From positions 13,966 through 77,965 of IMG/VR virus record IMGVR_UViG_3300021225_000362: a stretch of DNA of 64,000 bases. The stretch is one strand, 5' to 3'. Source of the stretch: a virus. Below the pieces are notes generated by a model, which was not told the DNA's origin, did no database searches, and was given only the letters and a program-made list of their open reading frames with translations. Below are positions 29,135-37,927 of this stretch, piece by piece (positions within the stretch are counted from its first letter, which is position 1; each line of letters begins with the position of its first letter). A program made the translations under genes and the position numbers.

Positions 29135-29455
29135 ATGAACAACGAGTACATCATTGTTAACAAGACTGCTATTCAGAAAAGAATAGAAGAGTTGGAGAGA
29201 CAAATAAAAGAATCTTCCATTGAAGAAACAGGTGAATATGATTTTCAGTGCGAAGATAAAATAGAAGAACTGAATTGGGTTCTTTCTCAATCAACTCCTT
29301 TAATTCCTGAGATTGAAGAGGCTATTCAATTTGGTAAAGACATTAGAAGTGAAAAATCGTTCATAAACAATAATTTTGGAATCCCATTTTTAGATTATGA
29401 AGATTCAACAGAAGAAACTAATAATTACATCTCAAACTTAAAACTTGATATATGA
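29135..29455 (+). CDS. Hypothetical protein ending ISNLKLDI
   Basis: 106 aa ORF between junction repeats. Confidence 0.6.
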   Translation: MNNEYIIVNKTAIQKRIEELERQIKESSIEETGEYDFQCEDKIEELNWVLSQSTPLIPEIEEAIQFGKDIRSEKSFINNNFGIPFLDYEDSTEETNNYISNLKLDI

Positions 29456-29871
29456 CACCTACTAAACAAACAGTTTATTTACCTGTAAAGGTAGAAGATG
29501 AATTACCTAATTCTAAAGATGAATCTGAAATTGAAGTTTTATTTCAATACAAAGGAATTTTATTTTTGGGTTGGTTTAATCCTGAAACAAAGTTTTTTTC
29601 AACGTCTAACGGACTTGCAGAATACTATACAGATGTTGATTTGTGGTTTAAGTTGCAAGAAGCATTTGTCTTCACACCCGAACAACTCAACGAATACACA
29701 CAGAGTGTAATCAAGCAAGCACTTGAAACTGCTGCTGAGAAAGCTGAAATTAAAGAAAGAAAAGTATCATATAGCTCAAGCTCTGGTTCTGAGTATGGTT
29801 ATGTTCAATCTATAAATAAACAATCAATCATATACACGTTTGAAGAAACCTATAAAAAGTATAAGGTATGA
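29452..29871 (+). CDS. Hypothetical protein
   Basis: 139 aa, PVKVEDELP...IKQALETAAEKA. Confidence 0.6.
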   Translation: MTPTKQTVYLPVKVEDELPNSKDESEIEVLFQYKGILFLGWFNPETKFFSTSNGLAEYYTDVDLWFKLQEAFVFTPEQLNEYTQSVIKQALETAAEKAEIKERKVSYSSSSGSEYGYVQSINKQSIIYTFEETYKKYKV

Positions 29872-30215
29872 TTTGGAATATCTTTAAATCAAAAGAAGAG
29901 AAAGCTAAAGTAAAAAGAGAAAATCTTGAAAAAGAATTAGAAGATTTTACAAAAAAATATAAGGAATATTTTAATTCCTATGCTTTTACGGGGAGACAGG
30001 TAGTCATTTATAGAGAACCCGAAATAAAAGATGGTAAGTTAATAATAAATTATATTACGGAAAGTACAACTCAAGGATATACGAATTATTATGGATTATG
30101 GCGTATTCAAGCAATGTATGGTGAAGATTTTATAAAACAACATAGAATTAACTTCTTACGTTTAAAAAATCAATTTGAACGGTTGGGTTTAAAAATAGAA
30201 AAAATAAAACAATGA
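29868..30215 (+). CDS. Hypothetical protein
   Basis: 115 aa coupled ORF. Confidence 0.55.
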   Translation: MIWNIFKSKEEKAKVKRENLEKELEDFTKKYKEYFNSYAFTGRQVVIYREPEIKDGKLIINYITESTTQGYTNYYGLWRIQAMYGEDFIKQHRINFLRLKNQFERLGLKIEKIKQ

Positions 30216-30574
30216 ACGAAAAAGAAATACTTGAATACAATAAAAGATGTGCTGAGTTTTTAGGATGGAAAAACTTAAACGATGATTCTTTTCCTGAGTA
30301 TGTAAATCCATTAGGAGATTTTTACCAATTAAAAGAATTAAAATTCCATTCAGATTGGAATTGGATAATGGAAGTGGTTGAGGCTATTGAGAAGTTAAAA
30401 TTTAATGTTAGAATAACTATCGCCTGCATTACAATAGAAAATGCTTTTGATAATGATTCTAATTTAAGTCCAATTTATAAGTTTCATTCAATGCAAGGTG
30501 AATTTGAAAGTAAAAAAGAAGCAGTTGTAGAAGCAATCAATCAATTCTTAATTTGGTACGAACAAAATAAATAA
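30212..30574 (+). CDS. Conserved phage protein (FHSDWNWIMEVVEAIE type)
   Basis: 120 aa coupled ORF. Confidence 0.6.
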   Translation: MNEKEILEYNKRCAEFLGWKNLNDDSFPEYVNPLGDFYQLKELKFHSDWNWIMEVVEAIEKLKFNVRITIACITIENAFDNDSNLSPIYKFHSMQGEFESKKEAVVEAINQFLIWYEQNK

Positions 30575-30576
30575 AA

Positions 30577-30816
30577 ATGGAATATAGAATCATTAAACGC
30601 AAAGGATGTGATGACAAGATTGTGTACGAGTGTCAACAAGAAATTATGGGTAGATTTCGTACAATGGATATCATCAAAAGTAACCCTTCTGGTTGGGAGG
30701 TTTGGTGTGGGACTAACATTCGTCCAGCGGTATTCAATACCCCAGATGAAGCGAAAGCATTTATCGAATATTACAAAAAGGAAATTGCAGAAGAGGTGGT
30801 ATATAGAACAAAATAA
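30577..30816 (+). CDS. Hypothetical protein
   Basis: 79 aa ORF. Confidence 0.55.
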   Translation: MEYRIIKRKGCDDKIVYECQQEIMGRFRTMDIIKSNPSGWEVWCGTNIRPAVFNTPDEAKAFIEYYKKEIAEEVVYRTK

Positions 30817-30823
30817 ATAAGGT

Positions 30824-31216
30824 ATGAATACACCTGTAAGTTTTCCATTAGCAAAGTTGGTAAAAGAAAAAGGTTTTGATATACCCTGTACAGAAGGTTG
30901 GATAAACTATTTAACATCATTTACAGGAGAAACAGGAATGCCTGATGACGAATCTAATTTGGTTTTAGATAGATTAGGAAACCCCCATTTAATAGAAAGA
31001 CCAACCATTGATGATGTAGTGATGTGGTTGTATGAGAAACACGGTATTTGGGTTTATCCAAGACCAGTTTTAGACGAAGATGGGGGATGGATTTTTAAAG
31101 GTTATGTAAAGCTTATGGCTAATTTTAAAGCCAAAGAAATTCAGACGAAACTAATGAGACAACCAACAGAAGCCTACGAAGCTGCTATTGAGTACACCCT
31201 AAATAATTTGATATGA
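30824..31216 (+). CDS. MNTPVSF-family paralog 1
   Basis: MNTPVSFPLAKLVKEKGF...PTIDDVVMWLYEKHGIWV...TEAYEAAIEYTLNNLI. Confidence 0.7.
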   Translation: MNTPVSFPLAKLVKEKGFDIPCTEGWINYLTSFTGETGMPDDESNLVLDRLGNPHLIERPTIDDVVMWLYEKHGIWVYPRPVLDEDGGWIFKGYVKLMANFKAKEIQTKLMRQPTEAYEAAIEYTLNNLI

Positions 31217-31593
31217 ACACACCTGTAAGTTTCCCAATAGCTAAGTTGTTAAAAGAGAAAGAGTTTAATTTAAAAGTGATGAGCTTTTATGATTATGAAA
31301 GATTATCCACACCTTTTGATAAACAAAGACAATTGGATGGTTTAATTAATTATAACCCTATCAATTGGAATAGTACTAAAAACCACTATACATCAGCTCC
31401 AACTATAGCAGATGTAGTGATGTGGTTGTATAAGAACCACAAAATATGGATTAGTGTTGACCCTGAGAATGACACTGACACATGGTTCCATACTATAACT
31501 CATGGGAAGTCTGTAACTGTTTTTGGTAATTACAGTTCATTGACAGAAGCATACGAAAAAGGTATTGAACATATATTAAATGAAATAATATGA
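31213..31593 (+). CDS. MNTPVSF-family paralog 2
   Basis: MNTPVSFPIAKLLKEKEF...PTIADVVMWLYKNHKIWI...TEAYEKGIEHILNEII. Confidence 0.7.
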   Translation: MNTPVSFPIAKLLKEKEFNLKVMSFYDYERLSTPFDKQRQLDGLINYNPINWNSTKNHYTSAPTIADVVMWLYKNHKIWISVDPENDTDTWFHTITHGKSVTVFGNYSSLTEAYEKGIEHILNEII

Positions 31594-31611
31594 AATATAA
31601 ACAAAGACAAT

Positions 31612-31977
31612 GTGGCGGATTTATTTTTAAATACAAAAAAAATGAAAATATTTAAAGAATTAAACAAGATTGGTTATAAACATTACACGGAAAATACCAT
31701 TGAAGAATTAGATAATTTACCATTAGATTCTGAAGAAAGAATAATGGAACAATCCTTAGCTTTCCGTTGGTTTAGAGAGAAGCATCAGATAGTATGTGTT
31801 ATAGATTTTTACAATGATGGAGACCTATGGGAAGATACTATGTATACGGTGACTATAAGTGAGTTTGAACACTTTAAAAGTCATGACTCATTTGTACAAT
31901 TTGAATACAAAACCTATGAAGAAGCAGAACATGCTTGTCTTAGAAAACTAATTGAAATCTGTCGTAAAATAGAATAA
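31612..31977 (+). CDS. Related FRWFREKH-family protein; its 3' end appears remodelled by the endonuclease insertion
   Basis: SLAFRWFREKHQI...TYEEAEHACLRKLIE. Confidence 0.65.
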   Translation: MADLFLNTKKMKIFKELNKIGYKHYTENTIEELDNLPLDSEERIMEQSLAFRWFREKHQIVCVIDFYNDGDLWEDTMYTVTISEFEHFKSHDSFVQFEYKTYEEAEHACLRKLIEICRKIE

Positions 31978-32006
31978 TCGGCATATTTATATAGAAATAA
32001 TATACT

Positions 32007-32930
32007 ATGATAGGCATTTATAAAATCACATCACCCTCAGGTAGAGTTTATATTGGACAGTCAAAAAACTTGGAAAGAAGAAAAAGAGATTACGAAAAAT
32101 ATATTAAAAATTCTAATAGACAAGTAAAGTTATTAGCCTCTTTAAACAAATATGGATGGGAAAATCATACATTTGAAATTATTGAAGAATGTAATTTTGA
32201 TGATTTGAACAAATGTGAAAGATATTGGCAAGAGTTTTATGATTCTATAGAAAATGGTCTAAATTGCATATACACTAAAACTGAAAATAAACCAGCACAA
32301 TTTAGCGAAACTTCAAAATTAAAAATGAAACAATCTAGAATCGGTAAAAAAGCTTCTGAGGAAACTAAAAAGAAAATGTCTGAATCTAGAAAAGGGTATA
32401 AATTTTCAGAAGATATTAAAAAGAAAATGTCTGAAATTAAAATATCAAAAAGGCCTCCGCATTTTAAAATAAAAACACACAACAAAAAAAATTATAAGTC
32501 AATATCGTGTATTTCTAATGATAACATACTATACGAATTTGAAAGTATTAAAGATGCCGCTAAAAAAATTGGGGTAACAAGTTCAGCTATTTACAATGTT
32601 TTATATAAGTCCATAACAGGTAAGGTAAAAGGATGGCATAGTTTTAAAATGCTAAAACCAAATGAAAAGTATTTAGCCAATTTAGATATTATAAAACAAG
32701 GTAAGCCTAAAATATCTGAATTATGTAAGAAAATATCGGCAGCTAATTGTAAGAGATTATTTAGTAAGCGAATAATTCAGTATGATAAATCAATGAATGT
32801 TGTCGCTGAATATGAATCGTTATCAGAAGCATCTAGACAAACAAATATAAATGCACAAAACATATCCGCAGTTTGTTTAGGTAAAAATAAATCAGCAGGT
32901 GGATATAAATGGGAGTATAAAACTAATTGA
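32007..32930 (+). CDS. GIY-YIG homing endonuclease with NUMOD3/NUMOD1-like DNA-binding repeats
   Basis: GIYKITSPSGRVYIGQS; SEETKKKMSESRKG; EYESLSEASRQTNINAQNISAVC...SAGGYKW. Confidence 0.9.
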   Translation: MIGIYKITSPSGRVYIGQSKNLERRKRDYEKYIKNSNRQVKLLASLNKYGWENHTFEIIEECNFDDLNKCERYWQEFYDSIENGLNCIYTKTENKPAQFSETSKLKMKQSRIGKKASEETKKKMSESRKGYKFSEDIKKKMSEIKISKRPPHFKIKTHNKKNYKSISCISNDNILYEFESIKDAAKKIGVTSSAIYNVLYKSITGKVKGWHSFKMLKPNEKYLANLDIIKQGKPKISELCKKISAANCKRLFSKRIIQYDKSMNVVAEYESLSEASRQTNINAQNISAVCLGKNKSAGGYKWEYKTN

Positions 32931-32948
32931 ATTTCTAAAAACAAAACA

Positions 32949-33563
32949 ATGATAGTATCAAAAATTGAATTTCCGAATTTCACGGGTGTGAAATGCAACA
33001 TGATGCCTTTTATACAAGGTGACAGTACTTCTCTTCCTGAAGTATATAAACCTTATTCATCAATCATTGATTCTATTTTTCTTGAACAAGGTGAAATAGG
33101 GTTTTTGACCATAGATGAGTCCTATGTAAAAGCCAAAACATCTCAGAGAGGTTATAATTCAAAAGGTATCAACAGGAATGTACATATTGAAGTAGGTAGA
33201 AATGAATCCTCAAATTATTGGGGTGGTGGTGGAGGTTCATCTTGGGGTGGACATAACAAAACTATTCTTGACGATTCAACTATGGTTCTGATTGCCAATA
33301 GTATTTCAGACACTTGTAGATATTGGGATGTCAAGGAAATGTCATATACTAAAGATGGTGACCTTAGTGATTACATCACAAAATACCCTGAAGAAACAGG
33401 TCAACTCATGAAAAAAGGTGAAGTTGCTAAGATATCAATTTTCACGCCACATGAGTGTGTAACACAACAAAATGATGATTACAGACAATTTTTTAGAATT
33501 GTAGGTAAAGGTGTTAAAGGACGAGAAGATTATTTTACTGTCAATCCACTTGTAAGGTATTAA
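32949..33563 (+). CDS. Hypothetical protein
   Basis: 204 aa; RNVHIE...WG, TPHEC. Confidence 0.6.
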   Translation: MIVSKIEFPNFTGVKCNMMPFIQGDSTSLPEVYKPYSSIIDSIFLEQGEIGFLTIDESYVKAKTSQRGYNSKGINRNVHIEVGRNESSNYWGGGGGSSWGGHNKTILDDSTMVLIANSISDTCRYWDVKEMSYTKDGDLSDYITKYPEETGQLMKKGEVAKISIFTPHECVTQQNDDYRQFFRIVGKGVKGREDYFTVNPLVRY

Positions 33564-33575
33564 AAACAAAATAAC

Positions 33576-34595
33576 ATGGGAAGTTTTTATGTGAATTGTT
33601 CTATCACTAACAAAACTATTAGTGATGATGATGATATGGTCGTTCAGTTTATGGTGCCAGCAAAGTGGGGACAATATTGTTCTGAAGATAAAACAGAATC
33701 GTACAACAATTTGACAATATCTCTATTTCTTTCAATGGTTAAAATGAAAGGATTGGAAGAAGCAATGAAAGAGCATCAAGTTTACTTGACAGAAAAGAAT
33801 GATGATGATTTTTTGGCACCAAAAGGTCTTATTGTTTCCGATAGTGTTTTAAGTAATTGGGTTCCAATTGGACCTGCTATCAGAGGAAAGTACGATGATT
33901 ATGGAAATATTGCACCTTCTGGTGATGAAGAAAATATCAGAAGAATAAAGATATTGGAGACCATTTTTTATGGTGTCCCTTTTCAATCAATCATGAAAGC
34001 AGCAACCGATGATAGGTGGTTTAGACTTGGAATAAAAGAAAATAATGAAAGTTGGAAAGTCAAAGGTTTGGATAAGAATTTATCAGACGAGGCAATGATG
34101 TTATTTAAAAATCTTTCGGTAACTTACATACATCAACCTGTGTACGATGAAATCAAACAATTTGATTTTTGTGCTGAGGAGGGTGTAATGAAAGATGATT
34201 ATTCCATGAAATGGAAAAATGACCATATAAATCCTGTTAGGGAAAGTTTTGTCGATGTTTTGAAAACTATGAATGAACCTGATGAAGATACAGAGAAATC
34301 TGTATGGACAAGAATAAATAAATGGAAGATTGAAGAAAAATTGGGGCGTGTTACGATAATAAGCAATTTGCCTGATAATATTAAGCAAGAATATCTCATT
34401 CGTTTACAAACAGTTATTGATGAAACCGATTTTGAGTGGTTCTTTGAAACAATAACATTTGTATATAGTTTATCAGGGTTAAGAGTTCAACTGAATCAAT
34501 CATATTATGGTTCTCAAAGCAGAAATTGGAATGGGTGGTTACGAATTGAATCAGCACTGAATCCAATTTTGGAAGAAAAACTGAAAGAAGAATAA
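33576..34595 (+). CDS. Hypothetical protein
   Basis: 339 aa; MGSFYVNCSIT...IRGKYDDYG. Confidence 0.65.
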   Translation: MGSFYVNCSITNKTISDDDDMVVQFMVPAKWGQYCSEDKTESYNNLTISLFLSMVKMKGLEEAMKEHQVYLTEKNDDDFLAPKGLIVSDSVLSNWVPIGPAIRGKYDDYGNIAPSGDEENIRRIKILETIFYGVPFQSIMKAATDDRWFRLGIKENNESWKVKGLDKNLSDEAMMLFKNLSVTYIHQPVYDEIKQFDFCAEEGVMKDDYSMKWKNDHINPVRESFVDVLKTMNEPDEDTEKSVWTRINKWKIEEKLGRVTIISNLPDNIKQEYLIRLQTVIDETDFEWFFETITFVYSLSGLRVQLNQSYYGSQSRNWNGWLRIESALNPILEEKLKEE

Positions 34596-34610
34596 ATTCG
34601 CAGCAGTACA

Positions 34611-34862
34611 ATGAACAAGATAAAAAAAATGCATTTGGACGCTATTAAAGATTCTTATCACACTTATAGATTAGATGAGGAAGATGATTCTATAGTAGAT
34701 ACTGTTTTTTTAGAAAATAAAGCAGCGTCCAAATCATCAGAGATAACAGGACAAATTGCTGTTGAGTTTGTGCGATGGTATGAAAATAGAGATAAATCTA
34801 TTGATGAGAATATGCTCACATGGGAAGATTATTATAAAGAATTTCTAAAAACAAAACAATGA
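34611..34862 (+). CDS. Hypothetical protein ending EFLKTKQ
   Basis: 83 aa; its junction is identical to 32929-32952. Confidence 0.6.
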   Translation: MNKIKKMHLDAIKDSYHTYRLDEEDDSIVDTVFLENKAASKSSEITGQIAVEFVRWYENRDKSIDENMLTWEDYYKEFLKTKQ

Positions 34863-34954
34863 AAATACTTTTGGTTATCTCTTTATTGCTCGGTGTGATT
34901 GGTGTTATGTATTCATTTTATACTACTTTTATAGTAAAAAATAAAAAACAATGA
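34859..34954 (+). CDS. 31-aa single-TM micro-protein (not in ORF track)
   Basis: MKILLVISLLLGVIGVMYSFYTTFIVKNKKQ*, ATGA-coupled at both ends. Confidence 0.5.
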   Translation: MKILLVISLLLGVIGVMYSFYTTFIVKNKKQ

Positions 34955-35157
34955 AAATTTATCATTTAACAATACTCGGATATTACAACAACTCAGACAC
35001 AACACATCAAACATCCATAAAGTGTGATGGAATGAGTTACTCACATGAAGGATTCTATAAGTTTTGGGTCAAAATAGAGGCAAATAGATATGAAGATATT
35101 GCATATTACCCAATCAGAAACACAATCATTACAAGTATAGAAAACGTAAAAGAATAA
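34951..35157 (+). CDS. Hypothetical protein
   Basis: 68 aa ORF. Confidence 0.55.
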   Translation: MKIYHLTILGYYNNSDTTHQTSIKCDGMSYSHEGFYKFWVKIEANRYEDIAYYPIRNTIITSIENVKE

Positions 35158-35159
35158 CT

Positions 35160-35420
35160 ATGAAAAAACTATTACTGTCACTCATCATCCTATCTTTTTC
35201 AGGATGCTTTAGTTATTCAGAGAAGAGTGGGAAGCTGATGCTGTATAAACCTTTAGTTGTGCTTGGTAAAGATAGAGTCGCAACAAAGATGGGTACGCTG
35301 TATTCTTTTGATTTTTATATTAATGGAACTACATACTCAGTTTCTACAACAAAGGAATTGTATGATTGGTACAATGTAGGAGACACGCTTCATGAATATC
35401 AACTCATTCCTAACGAATAA
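35160..35420 (+). CDS. Putative lipoprotein
   Basis: MKKLLLSLIILSFSGC. Confidence 0.6.
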   Translation: MKKLLLSLIILSFSGCFSYSEKSGKLMLYKPLVVLGKDRVATKMGTLYSFDFYINGTTYSVSTTKELYDWYNVGDTLHEYQLIPNE

Positions 35421-35429
35421 AACAAAACA

Positions 35430-35714
35430 ATGAAAAAATTAATTCCTTTTATTCTCATACTAATTGGATGTGGGAATAATGACCAGATTGTAATCAGTAA
35501 AGAAGAATACAAAAAATTGAAAGGTGACACAATAAAACCTGAATATCCAAAGCCATTTAAACTTTTAGGTAAAAGGAGAGGTGAATCACAAATTGTATTG
35601 GGTTCAGATGGACATGAATACATTGAGTTAAATTGGAGTAACAACACATATAATGTTCTTCATTCTCCAGAATGCATCAAATGTAAAGGTGACACAATAA
35701 AAACAAAACAATGA
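35430..35714 (+). CDS. Putative lipoprotein with an internal 18-bp direct repeat
   Basis: MKKLIPFILILIGC; AAAGGTGACACAATAAAA at 35520 and 35685 (KGDTIK twice). Confidence 0.6.
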   Translation: MKKLIPFILILIGCGNNDQIVISKEEYKKLKGDTIKPEYPKPFKLLGKRRGESQIVLGSDGHEYIELNWSNNTYNVLHSPECIKCKGDTIKTKQ

Positions 35715-36148
35715 AAACAAGAATCTACAACTTTATAAAGTATGTATTTGATGAGATGCCTTATTATAAGGTGTTCATCTTATTTACACTACTGATTCAA
35801 CCTATTTCTATTCCTTTAATTATGTTCCTTTTTGAAGTGGGAATTATTAAAGGTTTGATTTCTTCTATTCTTATATCAATGCTATCTTCAAGTTATGTCT
35901 CATTGATAATTCTTGAAATGAGAAGAGTTACAATATTTTGGAATGCTGTTCATGATTTCCAAGGTGATTTAAATGAGGTTAAAACAAAACAAGATGTGCT
36001 ATCACTAAATAGTAAATTCAATCAACTCAAAAAACTTTCTACTGGTCTTAAAACACATAGTGATAAGTTGAATGAATTACAAACAGTAATGACTGTTAAG
36101 TTTGAATTACTGCCCGATTCTGATACTAATAGTGTTACAAACCAATAA
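35711..36148 (+). CDS. Membrane protein
   Basis: Two TM helices followed by a helical tail. Confidence 0.6.
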   Translation: MKTRIYNFIKYVFDEMPYYKVFILFTLLIQPISIPLIMFLFEVGIIKGLISSILISMLSSSYVSLIILEMRRVTIFWNAVHDFQGDLNEVKTKQDVLSLNSKFNQLKKLSTGLKTHSDKLNELQTVMTVKFELLPDSDTNSVTNQ

Positions 36149-36161
36149 AAAATAAACCGTT

Positions 36162-36338
36162 ATGACAATTACAATAGTTTTAGAAAGAGATGATATGGTT
36201 ATTAGTAAAAAGAATGTATCTAAAGATGAGATAGATTTTAGTTGTTTTAATATTTCTCACATGTTTATTGAACGTGCTCACACTATACATTTTGTTGATG
36301 ATGACCAATCGATAATAGTTCTAAAAGAAAGAAGTTAA
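36162..36338 (+). CDS. Small hypothetical protein (not in ORF track)
   Basis: MTITIVLERDDMVISKKNVSKDE..., 58 aa. Confidence 0.5.
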   Translation: MTITIVLERDDMVISKKNVSKDEIDFSCFNISHMFIERAHTIHFVDDDQSIIVLKERS

Positions 36339-36346
36339 AATAAACT

Positions 36347-36949
36347 ATGTTAATGAAAAAACTATCTGAAGACCATTACATTATTTGTGATGATTCAGAG
36401 ATTACGACTGGAGATATAGTAGCAGAAAAACTACTTACAGGTAAGTATGAGCTATTTACAATCCATACTCTGAATGATATAGACAAATCAACACAGAAGA
36501 AAATCACCCACTCTACACAACCGTTAGGATTCTTGAATGAAGTTGGATTAACTACCGCTAATTTGAAACCTGATTGGACTAATGTAGAATATCTTCCTTT
36601 ATCAGAAGTAAAAGAACTTCTTGGTGTGGTGGATGTGGAGAAGAAGGCACATAATTGGTCAACAAGACAAACCACAAGAAGTACAGACTATTGGAGAAGT
36701 ATGGTTTCGACTTATGTTGAGGCATACAACCAAGCCCTTGAAGATAACAAGGAGAAGAAGTACACAGAGGAGGATATGAGGAAAGCTATTGAGATAGCAC
36801 AAACAACCTCTTATGTAAGCACCCAACTTTTTTCTGACCAATCATCAGTTAAACACAACTTTAGTGCAGAAGAAATAATTCAATCCCTCCAACCCAAAAC
36901 AGAATGGGAAGTAGAATTTATTGATGGTAAACTAAAACTCAAGTCATGA
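36347..36949 (+). CDS. Hypothetical protein (YTEEDMRKA type)
   Basis: 200 aa ORF. Confidence 0.6.
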   Translation: MLMKKLSEDHYIICDDSEITTGDIVAEKLLTGKYELFTIHTLNDIDKSTQKKITHSTQPLGFLNEVGLTTANLKPDWTNVEYLPLSEVKELLGVVDVEKKAHNWSTRQTTRSTDYWRSMVSTYVEAYNQALEDNKEKKYTEEDMRKAIEIAQTTSYVSTQLFSDQSSVKHNFSAEEIIQSLQPKTEWEVEFIDGKLKLKS

Positions 36950-37167
36950 AAAATATAATCTTAGTACTGGTAATCCTGTTAATATCATGTAACGAAAGAA
37001 AACAAAGGGAATACAAAGTTCATACAAGTTACGGAAGTGGTTTCAATTCACCGTCTACCACGGTAAATTGTGACTCCGTTAAATTAATTACACCTAAACA
37101 TGCCCGTGTATATGTAGATGGTGTCGCAACAGACTTATATGCTGACCAAATACTTGTTAGTAACTAA
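36946..37167 (+). CDS. Putative lipoprotein
   Basis: MKNIILVLVILLISC. Confidence 0.6.
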   Translation: MKNIILVLVILLISCNERKQREYKVHTSYGSGFNSPSTTVNCDSVKLITPKHARVYVDGVATDLYADQILVSN

Positions 37168-37177
37168 AATGTAATTT

Positions 37178-37522
37178 ATGAAACTTTGGAAGTGGCAAAA
37201 CGGAAGACAGGCGGATTGTGAGTATAAAAAGTTACCATTGTGGTACTTCAAAATTGGTAAATTCGGATTCGATTGTTATATTTTGAAATATAACGATAAA
37301 CAATTTTTACCGTTACATGTTGACCCAATAGAAAATGGAAAACATTGGAGATTAAACATTGGTTGGGGTGAATCTGAATTTTATTGTAAAAAATTGATAT
37401 TCGGGAAAAAATTTGGGAAATTATCATTATATTTGTTTAGACCTGACCTATACAAACATTCTCTATATACCATGACAAGGACAACAAAGATTTCGTTTGG
37501 TTTTGCAAGGTTTAAAAAATAA
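37178..37522 (+). CDS. 2OG-Fe(II) oxygenase-like protein
   Basis: PLHVDP (HxD), HWRLNI, FRPDLYKHSL (distal His). Confidence 0.6.
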   Translation: MKLWKWQNGRQADCEYKKLPLWYFKIGKFGFDCYILKYNDKQFLPLHVDPIENGKHWRLNIGWGESEFYCKKLIFGKKFGKLSLYLFRPDLYKHSLYTMTRTTKISFGFARFKK

Positions 37523-37525
37523 AAT

Positions 37526-37924
37526 ATGAAAGAACTTTACTTATTGAGAGGTTTACCAGGAAATGGTAAATCAACAATCGCAAAAATGTTGGTTGGAGAT
37601 AAAGATTATTGCCACAAAGAAGCCGATATGTATTTTGTTGATTTAAATGGTAATTACAAATTCGAACCGTCCAAAATAAAAGATGCACATCAGTGGTGTA
37701 AAGATGAGATTGAGTTTGCTATGAAATATGAACACTCACCAGTTGTTGTATCAAACACATTTACTCAGGAATGGGAAATGGATGATTACTATCTATTGGC
37801 TGAGAAATATGGTTATCGTGTACATAGTCTTATTGTTGAAAATCGCCATGGTGGTGTTAATCTGCATGGTGTTCCAATAGAGAAGTTACAACAAATGCGT
37901 GACAGGTTCGATATTAAATTGTAG
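37526..37924 (+). CDS. P-loop kinase (polynucleotide-kinase/AAA_33-like)
   Basis: LLRGLPGNGKST, EADMYF, VVVSNTFT, HGVP. Confidence 0.85.
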   Translation: MKELYLLRGLPGNGKSTIAKMLVGDKDYCHKEADMYFVDLNGNYKFEPSKIKDAHQWCKDEIEFAMKYEHSPVVVSNTFTQEWEMDDYYLLAEKYGYRVHSLIVENRHGGVNLHGVPIEKLQQMRDRFDIKL

Positions 37925-37927
37925 ATT

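Larger units (their letters stand above)
28884..29455 (+). repeat. Three copies of the 17-bp gene-junction repeat TAAAACTTGATATATGA
   Basis: 28884-28900, 29122-29138, 29439-29455; copies 1 and 3 extend to 27 identical bp. Confidence 0.9.
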
